A stretch of 64,000 nt of DNA from Deltaproteobacteria bacterium. GTDB lineage: Bacteria > Myxococcota > Kuafuiibacteriia > Kuafuiibacteriales > Kuafuiibacteriaceae. The translations under genes were made by a program, and so were the position numbers. Below are positions 56,022 to 64,000 of the stretch, piece by piece. Position 1 is the first letter of the stretch; each line of letters begins with the position of its first letter. The stretch spans positions 1 to 64,000 of the forward strand of contig JAVJQW010000017.1 in NCBI GenBank assembly GCA_040218735.1, read 5' to 3'. Below the pieces are notes generated by a model that ran no database searches, was not told the origin of the DNA, and saw nothing but the letters and a program-made list of their open reading frames with translations.

Positions 56022-58151
56022 ATGCCGCTCGAGGTTCAGAGCGCCCTGATCGGCGCCTTCGTCACGGTCGCCGTGATGACGGCGCTCCTGCTCCGCCGGC
56101 GTCGCCGCCGCACCGACGTCATCTTCTCGATCCTCTGCGTCGCTCTCGTCGTCTGGTTCCTCGCGACCTTCCTGCGCGGCGTCTACGGCAGCGACCCGTG
56201 GCACCGCGTGCAGCTCGCGCTCGCGGCGCTCGTCCCCGCGGCGATGATCCGCCTGTTCTCGGAGCTGATGCCCTGGGGGAACGTCCGCGGCCGCCGACTG
56301 ATGAACGCCGCGTACCCGGCGTCCGTGATCGTCGCCGTCGCCGCGCTCTCTCCGCTCGGCAACCTCCCCGTCGTGCAGGTCATCACCGGCGTGTACATCG
56401 GAACGATCATCCTGATCGCATCGCGCGTGATGATGGACGCCGGCGACGTCGCCAAGGGCACCATCGAGTACGCCCGGCGCCGGTACCTCGCGATCGGGGC
56501 GTCCGTCGTCACCCTCCTCGCGATCGTCGGCGACCTCGAACAGGTCCGCGGCGTCACCACGGCGATCGGGCACCTGGCGGTGATGCTCTACGTCTTCTTC
56601 CTCGCGCAAGTCATCTTGCGCGACCGCCTCCTCGACCTGAACGAGTTCGTCGGACGCATGATGATCCTCGGCGTCCTCGCGATCCTCTTCGCGGCAATCT
56701 CCGCGCTGCTGATCAGCCTCGGCACCAACGCGTCGGCGCGCCTGTTCAACGCGGTCGTCGGCGTCATCATCCTCCTCACGCTCTACGAACCGCTCAAGGA
56801 GCGGCTGGAGGGCAAGGCGATCGAGCTGTTCGCGCGCGAGCGCTTCCGATTCTCGCAGACCCTCGAAGACCTCCGGCGCCGCATGCAGCACGGCGTCCTC
56901 GACCCGGCGAAGATGAGCAGCATCGTCGTCAACTCGCTGTACGACTCGCGCCGCGCGACCCACGTCGCGATCTATCTCCTCGAACCGATGGGCAACGGCT
57001 TCTCGCTGCACGCGCACCGCGGTCCAGAGCCCGAGCCGCGCGTGAACGCCAACGAACACCCGGTGCTGTGGCAGTCCATTCAGCAGAACCGCGCGCCCAT
57101 GCTGACCGAGCAGCTCTCCCGGAACAACAACCCCGACGGCGACGCCGAGCCGAACCGCGACCTGATCGACTCCCTCCGCGCCGTGAGCGCCGACGTCCTC
57201 CTCCCGTTCACCTCTGGCGAAGCCGTGCTCGGCTTCCTCGCGATGCGCGACGACCGCTCCGCCGAGCCCTACTCCACCGCGGAGATCGCGAACCTCATGA
57301 AGATCGCCGAGACCGCCGCGACGGTGATCTGGAACAGCCGCCTCGCCGAGCGCCTCCGTGAACGGGAGCGCCTCGCGGCGATCGGCGCTATGGCCGCGGG
57401 CCTCGCGCACGAGATCCGCAACCCGCTCGGCGCCATCAAGGGTGCCGCAGAGTACCTCGACCCGCAGAGCCTCGATCACGACGAAGAGGGTGAGTTCCTC
57501 CAGGTCATCATCGACGAAACGAACCGCCTCAACTCCGTCGTGTCCCAGTTCCTCGACTACGCGCGCCCCTTCCGCGCGAAGCTGCGAACGACGGACGTGA
57601 ACGCCGTGCTCAAGAAGACGGCGAAGCTCCTCGAAGCGCAGAATGCCGAGTGGGGCGGGCGCATCGTGTTCGAGCTCGACGACGCGCTCCCGACGATCTC
57701 CGCCGACAGCGAACAGCTCAAGCAGGTCATCCTCAACCTCGCGCTCAACGGGCTCGACGCTTCGAAGTCGACCGGCGCACCGATCCGCCTCTTCACCCGC
57801 AACGTGCCAGACCGCGCTTGTATCGAGCTCCGCGTGCGCGACCACGGCGTCGGGATTCCGAAGGAAGACCTCGACCAAATCTTCATCCCGTTCTTCACGA
57901 CGAAGCAGCAGGGCACCGGGCTCGGCCTCGCCGTTTGCCAGCGCATCATCATGAATCACGGCGGCACGATCACGTTCGAGTCGCAGGTCGGCGAGGGCAC
58001 GGAGTGCATCATCCAGCTCCCCATCGAGCAGAAGGAAGCCATCACGAGCACCGGTAGCTTCACCCGTCCGCTGAAACGCGGCGCGACGATCCCGCCGACG
58101 AACACCCCGATCGGTCCGCTGCCCACGACGCCCTCGAAAGAGCCCGTCTGA
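56022..58151 (+). CDS. Membrane sensor histidine kinase (multi-TM, GAF-like, HisKA, HATPase)
   Basis: LAHEIRNPL H-box, QVILNLALN, DHGVGI, PFFTTK, GTGLGL. Confidence 0.95.
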   Translation: MPLEVQSALIGAFVTVAVMTALLLRRRRRRTDVIFSILCVALVVWFLATFLRGVYGSDPWHRVQLALAALVPAAMIRLFSELMPWGNVRGRRLMNAAYPASVIVAVAALSPLGNLPVVQVITGVYIGTIILIASRVMMDAGDVAKGTIEYARRRYLAIGASVVTLLAIVGDLEQVRGVTTAIGHLAVMLYVFFLAQVILRDRLLDLNEFVGRMMILGVLAILFAAISALLISLGTNASARLFNAVVGVIILLTLYEPLKERLEGKAIELFARERFRFSQTLEDLRRRMQHGVLDPAKMSSIVVNSLYDSRRATHVAIYLLEPMGNGFSLHAHRGPEPEPRVNANEHPVLWQSIQQNRAPMLTEQLSRNNNPDGDAEPNRDLIDSLRAVSADVLLPFTSGEAVLGFLAMRDDRSAEPYSTAEIANLMKIAETAATVIWNSRLAERLRERERLAAIGAMAAGLAHEIRNPLGAIKGAAEYLDPQSLDHDEEGEFLQVIIDETNRLNSVVSQFLDYARPFRAKLRTTDVNAVLKKTAKLLEAQNAEWGGRIVFELDDALPTISADSEQLKQVILNLALNGLDASKSTGAPIRLFTRNVPDRACIELRVRDHGVGIPKEDLDQIFIPFFTTKQQGTGLGLAVCQRIIMNHGGTITFESQVGEGTECIIQLPIEQKEAITSTGSFTRPLKRGATIPPTNTPIGPLPTTPSKEPV

Positions 58152-58156
58152 AGACC

Positions 58157-60421
58157 GTGCTGGACGAACCCCCTCGACCCGCGGCGCGCTTCGGCCCGGC
58201 GCTCCTCGTCGCGCTCGCGTTGCTGCCGATCTTCGCGGTCCTCGCGCCCGGCGACGCGACGCTCTACTTCCGTGACCACGCGCTGGTCTTCAGGCGCCAG
58301 CTCTACGCCGCGCTCGATGCGTACGCCCGCTTCGAGCTGCCGCTGTGGAACACGTGGGTGGGTGGCGGCGAGCCGCTCCTCGCGGACTGGAGCTCGATGG
58401 CGTGCACGCCGACGCTCGCCGTCTTCCTCCTCCCGGGGTCGTTCGACTTCCGCTACGACCTCTTCGTCTTCGCGCAGCTCGTCGTCGCCGCGAGCGGCGC
58501 GTGGCGACTCGCACGGACGCTCGACCAGGACCACCTCGGCGCCTCCGTCGCCGCGATCGGCTACGCGCTGGGCGGCGTCGTCGCGAGCACCAACAACCTG
58601 ACCGCGACGATGATCGGCCTCGCGTTCATGCCGTGGGCGTTGGCGGGTGCGCTGCGCGTCATCGCCGCGCCGAGCGCCGGCCGGGTCCTCGGCCTCGCGC
58701 TGCCGCTCGCGTGGCACGCGATGTACGCGGGGCCGATGTTCTTCGTCGTCGACCTGCTGCTGTTCTTCGCGATGGCACCCTCGGTCGTCGCGCGCGCACG
58801 ACCACGCCCCGGCGCGGCGCTCGGTTGGCTCGTCGTCGGAGGCGCGCTGGGCGTCGGAATCGCGTGTTGGCCGCTCCTCGCGACGCTGGACCTCCTCGCC
58901 GACGCCCCGCGCGGCGCCGGGTTCGCCGCGAACCTCCGCGCGACCTCCGCCCTCCACCCGTGGCGTGCGCTCGAAGTCGCCCTCCCCGGGTTCGGCGGCG
59001 ACGACCTCGGCGGCGTGTTCGTCACGCGCAAGGGAGGGGTGCACTACCTGCTGTCGATCTACCTCGGTGCGTCGCTGTTCCCGCTCGCTGCGGTCGGCGC
59101 GCTCGAGCGACGCGGGCGTGCTCTCGTCATCACCGCCGTGCTCGGCGTGTGGGCGGCGCTCGGGCCGGACGGGGGGCTGTTCGATCTCCTGTACGCCATC
59201 CCCGGCGTGTCCTCCGGCCGCTACCCCATCAAGCTGCTCACACTCACCGCGTTGTCGTTACCGCTCCTGGCGGGGTTCGGTGTTCAACGCCTGAAGGCAC
59301 CCGCGGGCGGGGAGCGGAGCGCCGCCGCCGTCGGCGCGCTCCTCGTCGTCGCCGCCGCGGCGCTCGTGTGGTTCTCAGGACCGACCGCCGACACGTCGAC
59401 ACACACACCGGAGGCGCTCGCCGCGATGTTCTCGAGCGCAGCGACCCTCGGCGCGACGTTGGCGATCGTGGGCGCCGGAATCGTCTGGCTCGCCGATCGC
59501 GCGCCGGCGCTCCGCGGCGTGGCCGCCTTCGTCATCGCTGCGGACCTCGCGATGCACTCGCTGTGGCTGTTCCCCGTCGCGAGCGACGTGTTCGACATCT
59601 CGCCGCTCGCCGAGGCGGCGAAGGAGATCGAAGACCCGCGCGTCCTCGTCTACGACGCGTACCGAATGCCGACGCACCTCGAGGACATCTCCCCCGCCGA
59701 CGAAGCGGCCTATGCGTCCGCGCGACTCACCGCCGGGACCGCGCCGATGTCCGGCGTTAGACACGTGTTCGACCAGGACCTCAACGGCTCGCGCAGCGCG
59801 AGGTGGACCGCAGCTTGGCGCCGGTCCCTCGCACTCCCGGAGGCCGCGCGCCTGAAGATGCTCGCGAACCTCGCCGTCACCCACGTCGCGGTCGAGGCCA
59901 ACGTCGACGACCCGCCCGGCCTCCAGCTCGCGGCCGCGACGCAGCCCCTCGGCGGTCCGCGCCTCGCGCTGTTCACAATCGACGGAGCGCGTCGGCGGTT
60001 CTCGTTCGCCCCCGCGTTCGAGGCCGTGCCCAGCTACGAAGACGCCATCGAGCGCGTCGGCACCTCGACGGGTGCGTTCGTGGAGACGGACCGCCCCGGG
60101 TCCAACGTATCCGGAAACGCCGAGCTCGACGTAACACGGGACGAGCCCGGCCACATCGTGCTCACGATCTCCTCGACGGTGGCGGGGTTCGTCATCGTCG
60201 CCGAGCAACCGCGCGACGGGTGGACGGCGACCGTCGACGGCCAGCCGACCATCGTCGCGCCGACGAACGTGTTGCTGTCGGGGGTGTTCGTCGAGCCGGG
60301 ACACCACGAAGTCGAGCTGCACTACGACCCGCCGGCGGCGCGCCTCGGTCTCTCGATCGCCGCGCTGTCCGTCGCGGTGGCGCTCGCACTGTTCGTGCTC
60401 GGACGAAGACGGCGGAGCTGA
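58157..60421 (+). CDS. YfhO-family multi-pass membrane protein (GT-C-like)
   Basis: FRD...PLWN...GGEPLLAD N-terminus, many TM helices, C-terminal GWTATVDG...GVFVEPGHHEVELHYDP. Confidence 0.85.
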   Translation: MLDEPPRPAARFGPALLVALALLPIFAVLAPGDATLYFRDHALVFRRQLYAALDAYARFELPLWNTWVGGGEPLLADWSSMACTPTLAVFLLPGSFDFRYDLFVFAQLVVAASGAWRLARTLDQDHLGASVAAIGYALGGVVASTNNLTATMIGLAFMPWALAGALRVIAAPSAGRVLGLALPLAWHAMYAGPMFFVVDLLLFFAMAPSVVARARPRPGAALGWLVVGGALGVGIACWPLLATLDLLADAPRGAGFAANLRATSALHPWRALEVALPGFGGDDLGGVFVTRKGGVHYLLSIYLGASLFPLAAVGALERRGRALVITAVLGVWAALGPDGGLFDLLYAIPGVSSGRYPIKLLTLTALSLPLLAGFGVQRLKAPAGGERSAAAVGALLVVAAAALVWFSGPTADTSTHTPEALAAMFSSAATLGATLAIVGAGIVWLADRAPALRGVAAFVIAADLAMHSLWLFPVASDVFDISPLAEAAKEIEDPRVLVYDAYRMPTHLEDISPADEAAYASARLTAGTAPMSGVRHVFDQDLNGSRSARWTAAWRRSLALPEAARLKMLANLAVTHVAVEANVDDPPGLQLAAATQPLGGPRLALFTIDGARRRFSFAPAFEAVPSYEDAIERVGTSTGAFVETDRPGSNVSGNAELDVTRDEPGHIVLTISSTVAGFVIVAEQPRDGWTATVDGQPTIVAPTNVLLSGVFVEPGHHEVELHYDPPAARLGLSIAALSVAVALALFVLGRRRRS

Positions 60422-60422
60422 C

Positions 60423-61199
60423 TCACTCGGCGAGCGCCGCGACCACGATCTTCACGCGCCGGTTGCGCTCCCGACCTTCGGCGCTGGCGTTCGACGCGAT
60501 GGGCGCGTCGTCGCCACGCGCGATGACATCGACGCTCTGCGGCGCGACGCCGAACGCGACGAGCGCATCCTTCACGGCCTCCGCGCGATCACGTGACAAG
60601 CGATCGTTCGTCGCCCGCGAACCCTCGCCGTCCGTGTGTCCCACGACGACGATCGCATGCCGCGGCGCCCGCTCGATCAGCGTGCGGGCGAGCTGCGACA
60701 GCTGCGCGCGGACCGGATCGTCGAGGCGCGCCGTGCCGGAGTCGAACTCCACGGTCGCCTCCAAGCGCATCGTCTTCGCGTCGGGGAGCCCCACGGCCCG
60801 CTCGAGGACCTCGAGCTTCTCGCGGACGTCCTCCTCCTGGTCGTGCGGCGACAGGTCCGCGAAGCGCGCGACCCGCGCGCGCTCGCGTCCGTACTGACGG
60901 AGCGTGCGCGCGTGGACCGCGGCGACGCGGTCGCGTTCGACGATCGTCGCCGCGCGCTCCGCTCGCCGCTCTGCGATGTACGCGGCGTGCAGCGCTTCTT
61001 CGGATCCCGGCGCACGCGCGTGGGCCGTCTCGGCGCGCTCGAGCGCGTACTTCGCTTCGTACAGCTCCGTCGTCCCGGGGAGCGCCTCGGTCTGTGCGCG
61101 CTCGTAGATGCGGCGCGCATCGACCAGGCTGGGCGACGGTGACGTCGCACAGGCCACGGTGGCGAACACGACGGATGACAAGAGAAGTCGGTTCTTCAT
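60423..61199 (-). CDS. OmpA-family lipoprotein with DUF4398-like N-domain
   Basis: Lipobox VAC; FDSG, GHTD..G, NDRLSRDRA, ARG, NRRV. Confidence 0.9.
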   Translation of the reverse strand: MKNRLLLSSVVFATVACATSPSPSLVDARRIYERAQTEALPGTTELYEAKYALERAETAHARAPGSEEALHAAYIAERRAERAATIVERDRVAAVHARTLRQYGRERARVARFADLSPHDQEEDVREKLEVLERAVGLPDAKTMRLEATVEFDSGTARLDDPVRAQLSQLARTLIERAPRHAIVVVGHTDGEGSRATNDRLSRDRAEAVKDALVAFGVAPQSVDVIARGDDAPIASNASAEGRERNRRVKIVVAALAE

Positions 61200-61203
61200 G
61201 ACG

Positions 61204-61590
61204 TTACTCCTTCGTGGGGGCGTCGCGCCGCGCGACGATCGTCTGCGCGGCGTGACGTCGCAGGCGAGACAGGCGTGCGGAGGCCTCGGCGGCGCGTCGG
61301 CGCGTCGCGGCGAGCTCGGCGCGCGCCTGGGCGAGGTCGGCGTCGACCGTCGCGCGCTCCAGGACGAGGCGAGCCTCGTCGTACTCGCCGTCGGCGAGGA
61401 GGAGCTGCGCTTCGACGAGTCCGTCGATGGCTCGGTCGAGGTGCCGCTGCGCGAGCGCGTCGTCCTGCGCTCCGGACTGTTCGGCGTAGCCGATCGCCTG
61501 GCGCGTCTGCATCATTTCGACCGCCGGAGGCCGCTCGCTCGCGCAAGCCACCGCCGTGAGGGACAAGATCAGCGTGTAGATCGGTTTCAT
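61204..61590 (-). CDS. DUF4398-like lipoprotein
   Basis: Lipobox AVAC; A..GA...A..HL..A and RATVDADLA motifs; adjacent to OmpA gene. Confidence 0.8.
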   Translation of the reverse strand: MKPIYTLILSLTAVACASERPPAVEMMQTRQAIGYAEQSGAQDDALAQRHLDRAIDGLVEAQLLLADGEYDEARLVLERATVDADLAQARAELAATRRRAAEASARLSRLRRHAAQTIVARRDAPTKE

Positions 61591-61605
61591 GGGTCACTCC
61601 TCGGA

Positions 61606-62130
61606 TCAGAAGTACACGCGGGCGCCGACACCGCCGTCGACGAGCGCAGCCACTTCGGGGAAGACGAGGACGCCCGGGGCGATCTCGAGGAAGACCTCGA
61701 TCGGCACCTCGCGAAACAAGAACCCCAAGCCGAGCGGCACACGCGCGCCGATCGCGACGGGGTCGTCGGATTCACGCAGACCCAGCTTGCCGCCGAGCCC
61801 CACGTACGGCGTCAACAGACCGACGTCCCGCGTCTCTGCCGCAAACACGACGATGTGCGCGAGGTAGTCGAGCATGAACGTCGCGCGCGCACCGTACGGA
61901 TCCGCGAAGCCCCAGCCCGCGTGGAACTGAAGCGCGTTGTTCTCGTCGAAGCGCGTCTTCAGGCCGACCGCGGTGGGGTCGCCGATCATCGCGCCCACGC
62001 CGACGGTGTAGTCGTCGTACGGCGCGTCCACGCGGACGTCCCCGGCGAGGGTGTTGTCGTCCGCGTGGGCGGTCGCAGACACCAGGAGCGCGGCTGCGAC
62101 GAGGGTCACGGTGGGGATTCGGTGGTTCAT
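61606..62130 (-). CDS. Small outer-membrane beta-barrel protein (DUF3996-like)
   Basis: Signal peptide; GxGxxxGDPT, ARVPLG, FLEIAPG, terminal RVYF. Confidence 0.8.
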   Translation of the reverse strand: MNHRIPTVTLVAAALLVSATAHADDNTLAGDVRVDAPYDDYTVGVGAMIGDPTAVGLKTRFDENNALQFHAGWGFADPYGARATFMLDYLAHIVVFAAETRDVGLLTPYVGLGGKLGLRESDDPVAIGARVPLGLGFLFREVPIEVFLEIAPGVLVFPEVAALVDGGVGARVYF

Positions 62131-62143
62131 GGATGGCCTCTTC

Positions 62144-62159
62144 TACAAGGGGCGTGCCG
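62144..62159 (-). promoter_or_regulatory. Putative sigma54 -24/-12 promoter for the barrel-DUF4398-OmpA operon
   Basis: Minus strand CGGCACGCCCCTTGTA (GG-N10-GT), 14 nt before the ATG. Confidence 0.5.
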
Positions 62160-62269
62160 ACGCTCGCGGGCACCGTCCGGGCGCGGCGGCGACGCCCATT
62201 TCGCCTCTGCGCCGCCACAACCGGGGCAAGTCGCCTCACCCCAGGCGCGCGGGTTCAGGTGCGCGGGCG

Positions 62270-62285
62270 TGGCACGTTGACTGCT
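62270..62285 (+). promoter_or_regulatory. Near-consensus sigma54 -24/-12 site
   Basis: TGGCACGTTGACTGCT (GG-N10-GC). Confidence 0.45.
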
Positions 62286-62308
62286 AGTTGCTCCCCCGTG
62301 CGGAGCGC

Positions 62309-62713
62309 TCACACGCAAGCCGACGCCAAGTGCTGCAGGCGATGCGGATCGAAGGGCTTCTCCAGGAGCTCCACGGCGCCGAGCCGATGGACCTCGCGGA
62401 CGAGCCCGACCGAGGGGCCCGTCGTGATGACGATGACCGGGATGCTCCAGTCGCCGTTCCTGAGCTCCGCCAACACGTCGATCCCAGTTCGGCCCGGCAT
62501 GTACACGTCGGTCACGACGAGATCGGGTGCGCGCGGCGCGCGCCGGTCCACGAGCGTGCGGAGCGCATGCGCGAGCGCCTCGCCGTCGAGGAACGACTCG
62601 ACCTGGAAGCCCCGGACCTCGAGGAGGTCCCCGAGCAACGCGAGCATCTCGGGATCGTCGTCCGCGACCCACGCGATCGGTTCATCGATTCCGAATCCAA
62701 TGAATCTACTCAT
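62309..62713 (-). CDS. Single-domain response regulator receiver
   Basis: ADDD, DLVVTDVYMPG, VIVIT, EKPF. Confidence 0.88.
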   Translation of the reverse strand: MSRFIGFGIDEPIAWVADDDPEMLALLGDLLEVRGFQVESFLDGEALAHALRTLVDRRAPRAPDLVVTDVYMPGRTGIDVLAELRNGDWSIPVIVITTGPSVGLVREVHRLGAVELLEKPFDPHRLQHLASACV

Positions 62714-62845
62714 GGCGCCGTGTCAGTGCACCGTGGGTGCCAGGCGTCGATCCCCCTCCACGGCGCCGTGGCTTGTGGTGCGTGCGTCGCATGAGGCACA
62801 TGAGCACGCGCGGCCGAGCCACGCTCGCGCCCAAGGCTTCGCGCC

Positions 62846-64000
62846 ATGAAGATCGCCCAAAGACTCACCGCCGCCCTGGTCCTCGTCGTTACCCTCACGC
62901 TGTGCATCCGCGCGTTCGTCGACATGCGACGCGCGATCGCACGCCACGAAGAGGGCGTGCACCGAACGCAACAACAGCTCGGCGAAGTCCTCGACGTCGC
63001 CATCCGCCAGATCTGGCGCTCCGACGGCTGGGAGCAGGCGCTCGCGTTCCTGCGCGAGGTCGAGAAGAAGCAAGGTGACTTGCGCGTCCGCTGGGTCTGG
63101 CTCGAGAAGAACGAGAACAACGACTACAAGCCGCTGATCCCGGTCTCGACGATTCGGTCCCGCGTTCAGGGGGAGTCGACGATCGCGTTCGAGCGCGAAG
63201 ATCTCTCCGGCTACATCGTCACGTACCGCCCTGTGCGTCTCCCGGAGCTCCCGCTGGGTGCGGTCGAGCTGACGCGCCCGACGGCGGACGACGACGAGCA
63301 GATCAAGACCGAGGCGATCCGACAGATCACCGCCGGGCTCCTCGCCATCCTCGTCTACATGGTCGTCGCGAGCGTCCTCGGACGCCGCTGGATCGGGCAG
63401 CCGATCGACGCGCTCGTCATGCACGCGCGCCGCGTCGCCGAAGGTGACTTCTCGTCGATCTCCCAGGCGATGCGTCGCGACGACCTCGGCCGCCTCGCGG
63501 GCGAGATGAACACCATGTCGCGCCGGCTGATGGAAGCACAGGACCGGGCGAACCAAGAGCGGAGCCTCCGCATCGAAGTGCAGGAGCAGCTCACGCACGC
63601 TGACCGCCTCGCGTCGGTCGGGCGCATCACGGCCGCGCTCATCCACGACCTCGGCACGCCCCTCAACGTGATCTCCGGGCGCGCCACGATGATCGCCGAG
63701 GGCGATGTCACCGGCGAGAAGGCCCAGTCGGGCGCGCGACGCATCGCCGAGCAGGCGCACCGCATCGGCGAGATGATCCGCGAGCTCCTCCGGTTCGCGC
63801 GCCGCGGCGAGCTGGAGCGCGAACCGACCGTCGTCGCGAACCTCGCGCGCGAAGTCGCGAAGATCGTGCAGCCGCTGTCGCAGAAGGCGCGCGTCAAGAT
63901 CGCCATCGAAGACGAGGACACGTCGCTGTCCGCCAACGTGAACCGCACGCAGATCCGTCAGGTCCTGATGAACCTGGTGATGAACGGCGTGCAGGCGATG
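62846..64000 (+). CDS. HAMP-domain sensor histidine kinase (truncated by window end; not in the ORF track)
   Basis: Own translation: MKIAQRLTAALVLV..., second TM, HAMP (QPIDALV...RRDDLGRLAGEMNTM), H-box LIHDLGTPLNVI, N-box QVLMNLVMN. Confidence 0.92.
   Translation, partial: MKIAQRLTAALVLVVTLTLCIRAFVDMRRAIARHEEGVHRTQQQLGEVLDVAIRQIWRSDGWEQALAFLREVEKKQGDLRVRWVWLEKNENNDYKPLIPVSTIRSRVQGESTIAFEREDLSGYIVTYRPVRLPELPLGAVELTRPTADDDEQIKTEAIRQITAGLLAILVYMVVASVLGRRWIGQPIDALVMHARRVAEGDFSSISQAMRRDDLGRLAGEMNTMSRRLMEAQDRANQERSLRIEVQEQLTHADRLASVGRITAALIHDLGTPLNVISGRATMIAEGDVTGEKAQSGARRIAEQAHRIGEMIRELLRFARRGELEREPTVVANLAREVAKIVQPLSQKARVKIAIEDEDTSLSANVNRTQIRQVLMNLVMNGVQAM

Noticed and set aside
52353-57361. 1098-aa minus and 914-aa plus ORFs
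   Set aside because: Shadow and alternate-frame ORFs over asnB, the barrel gene and the histidine kinase.
56022-58151. PrsK of a PEP-CTERM/exosortase system
   Set aside because: H-box is AHEIRNP rather than the PrsK-type HDLKN; no exosortase or PEP-CTERM tail in the window.
1-64000. High frequency of CGATCG/GTCGAC/TCGA as a HIP1-like repeat
   Set aside because: Explained by ATC/GTC/CTC codons followed by G-starting codons; cannot be shown as enriched without a codon-aware count.
1-64000. tRNA or rRNA genes
   Set aside because: None recognised in the intergenic regions.

Overview
High-GC (roughly 70% by eye) bacterial DNA with a Myxococcota/Deltaproteobacteria-like gene repertoire: three Ser/Thr kinases, two FHA-sigma54 activators, a PEGA protein, DUF4398/OmpA lipoproteins and secreted S8 and S1 proteases. 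About 48 genes can be supported; the many long antisense ORFs in the track are codon-bias shadows. Glycan-modification genes are scattered across the window: N-acetyl-sugar amidotransferase, GSCFA protein, WcaJ-like transferase, hexapeptide acyltransferase, GT4, FkbM, two Gfo/Idh/MocA oxidoreductases, DegT, AsnB and YfhO. Three things stand out. (1) An 11.3-kb three-gene module (40172-51425, minus strand) encodes a ~1420-aa lipoprotein with coiled coils and a possible TcA-like C-terminus, a signal-peptide-bearing SpvB/FG-GAP-Rhs fusion with a HINT domain and an HNH-like toxin tip, and a low-GC candidate immunity gene. It looks like a Sec-exported, lipid-anchored Tc-like toxin-delivery system. 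(2) An E1alpha/E1beta operon (25453-28492) has an 'E2' in which the normal catalytic domain is replaced by a PglD/NeuD sugar acyltransferase, suggesting lipoyl-channelled acylation of a sugar. (3) The probable 5' end of a group II intron sits at the left edge. All family calls come from motif recognition by eye; no searches were run.
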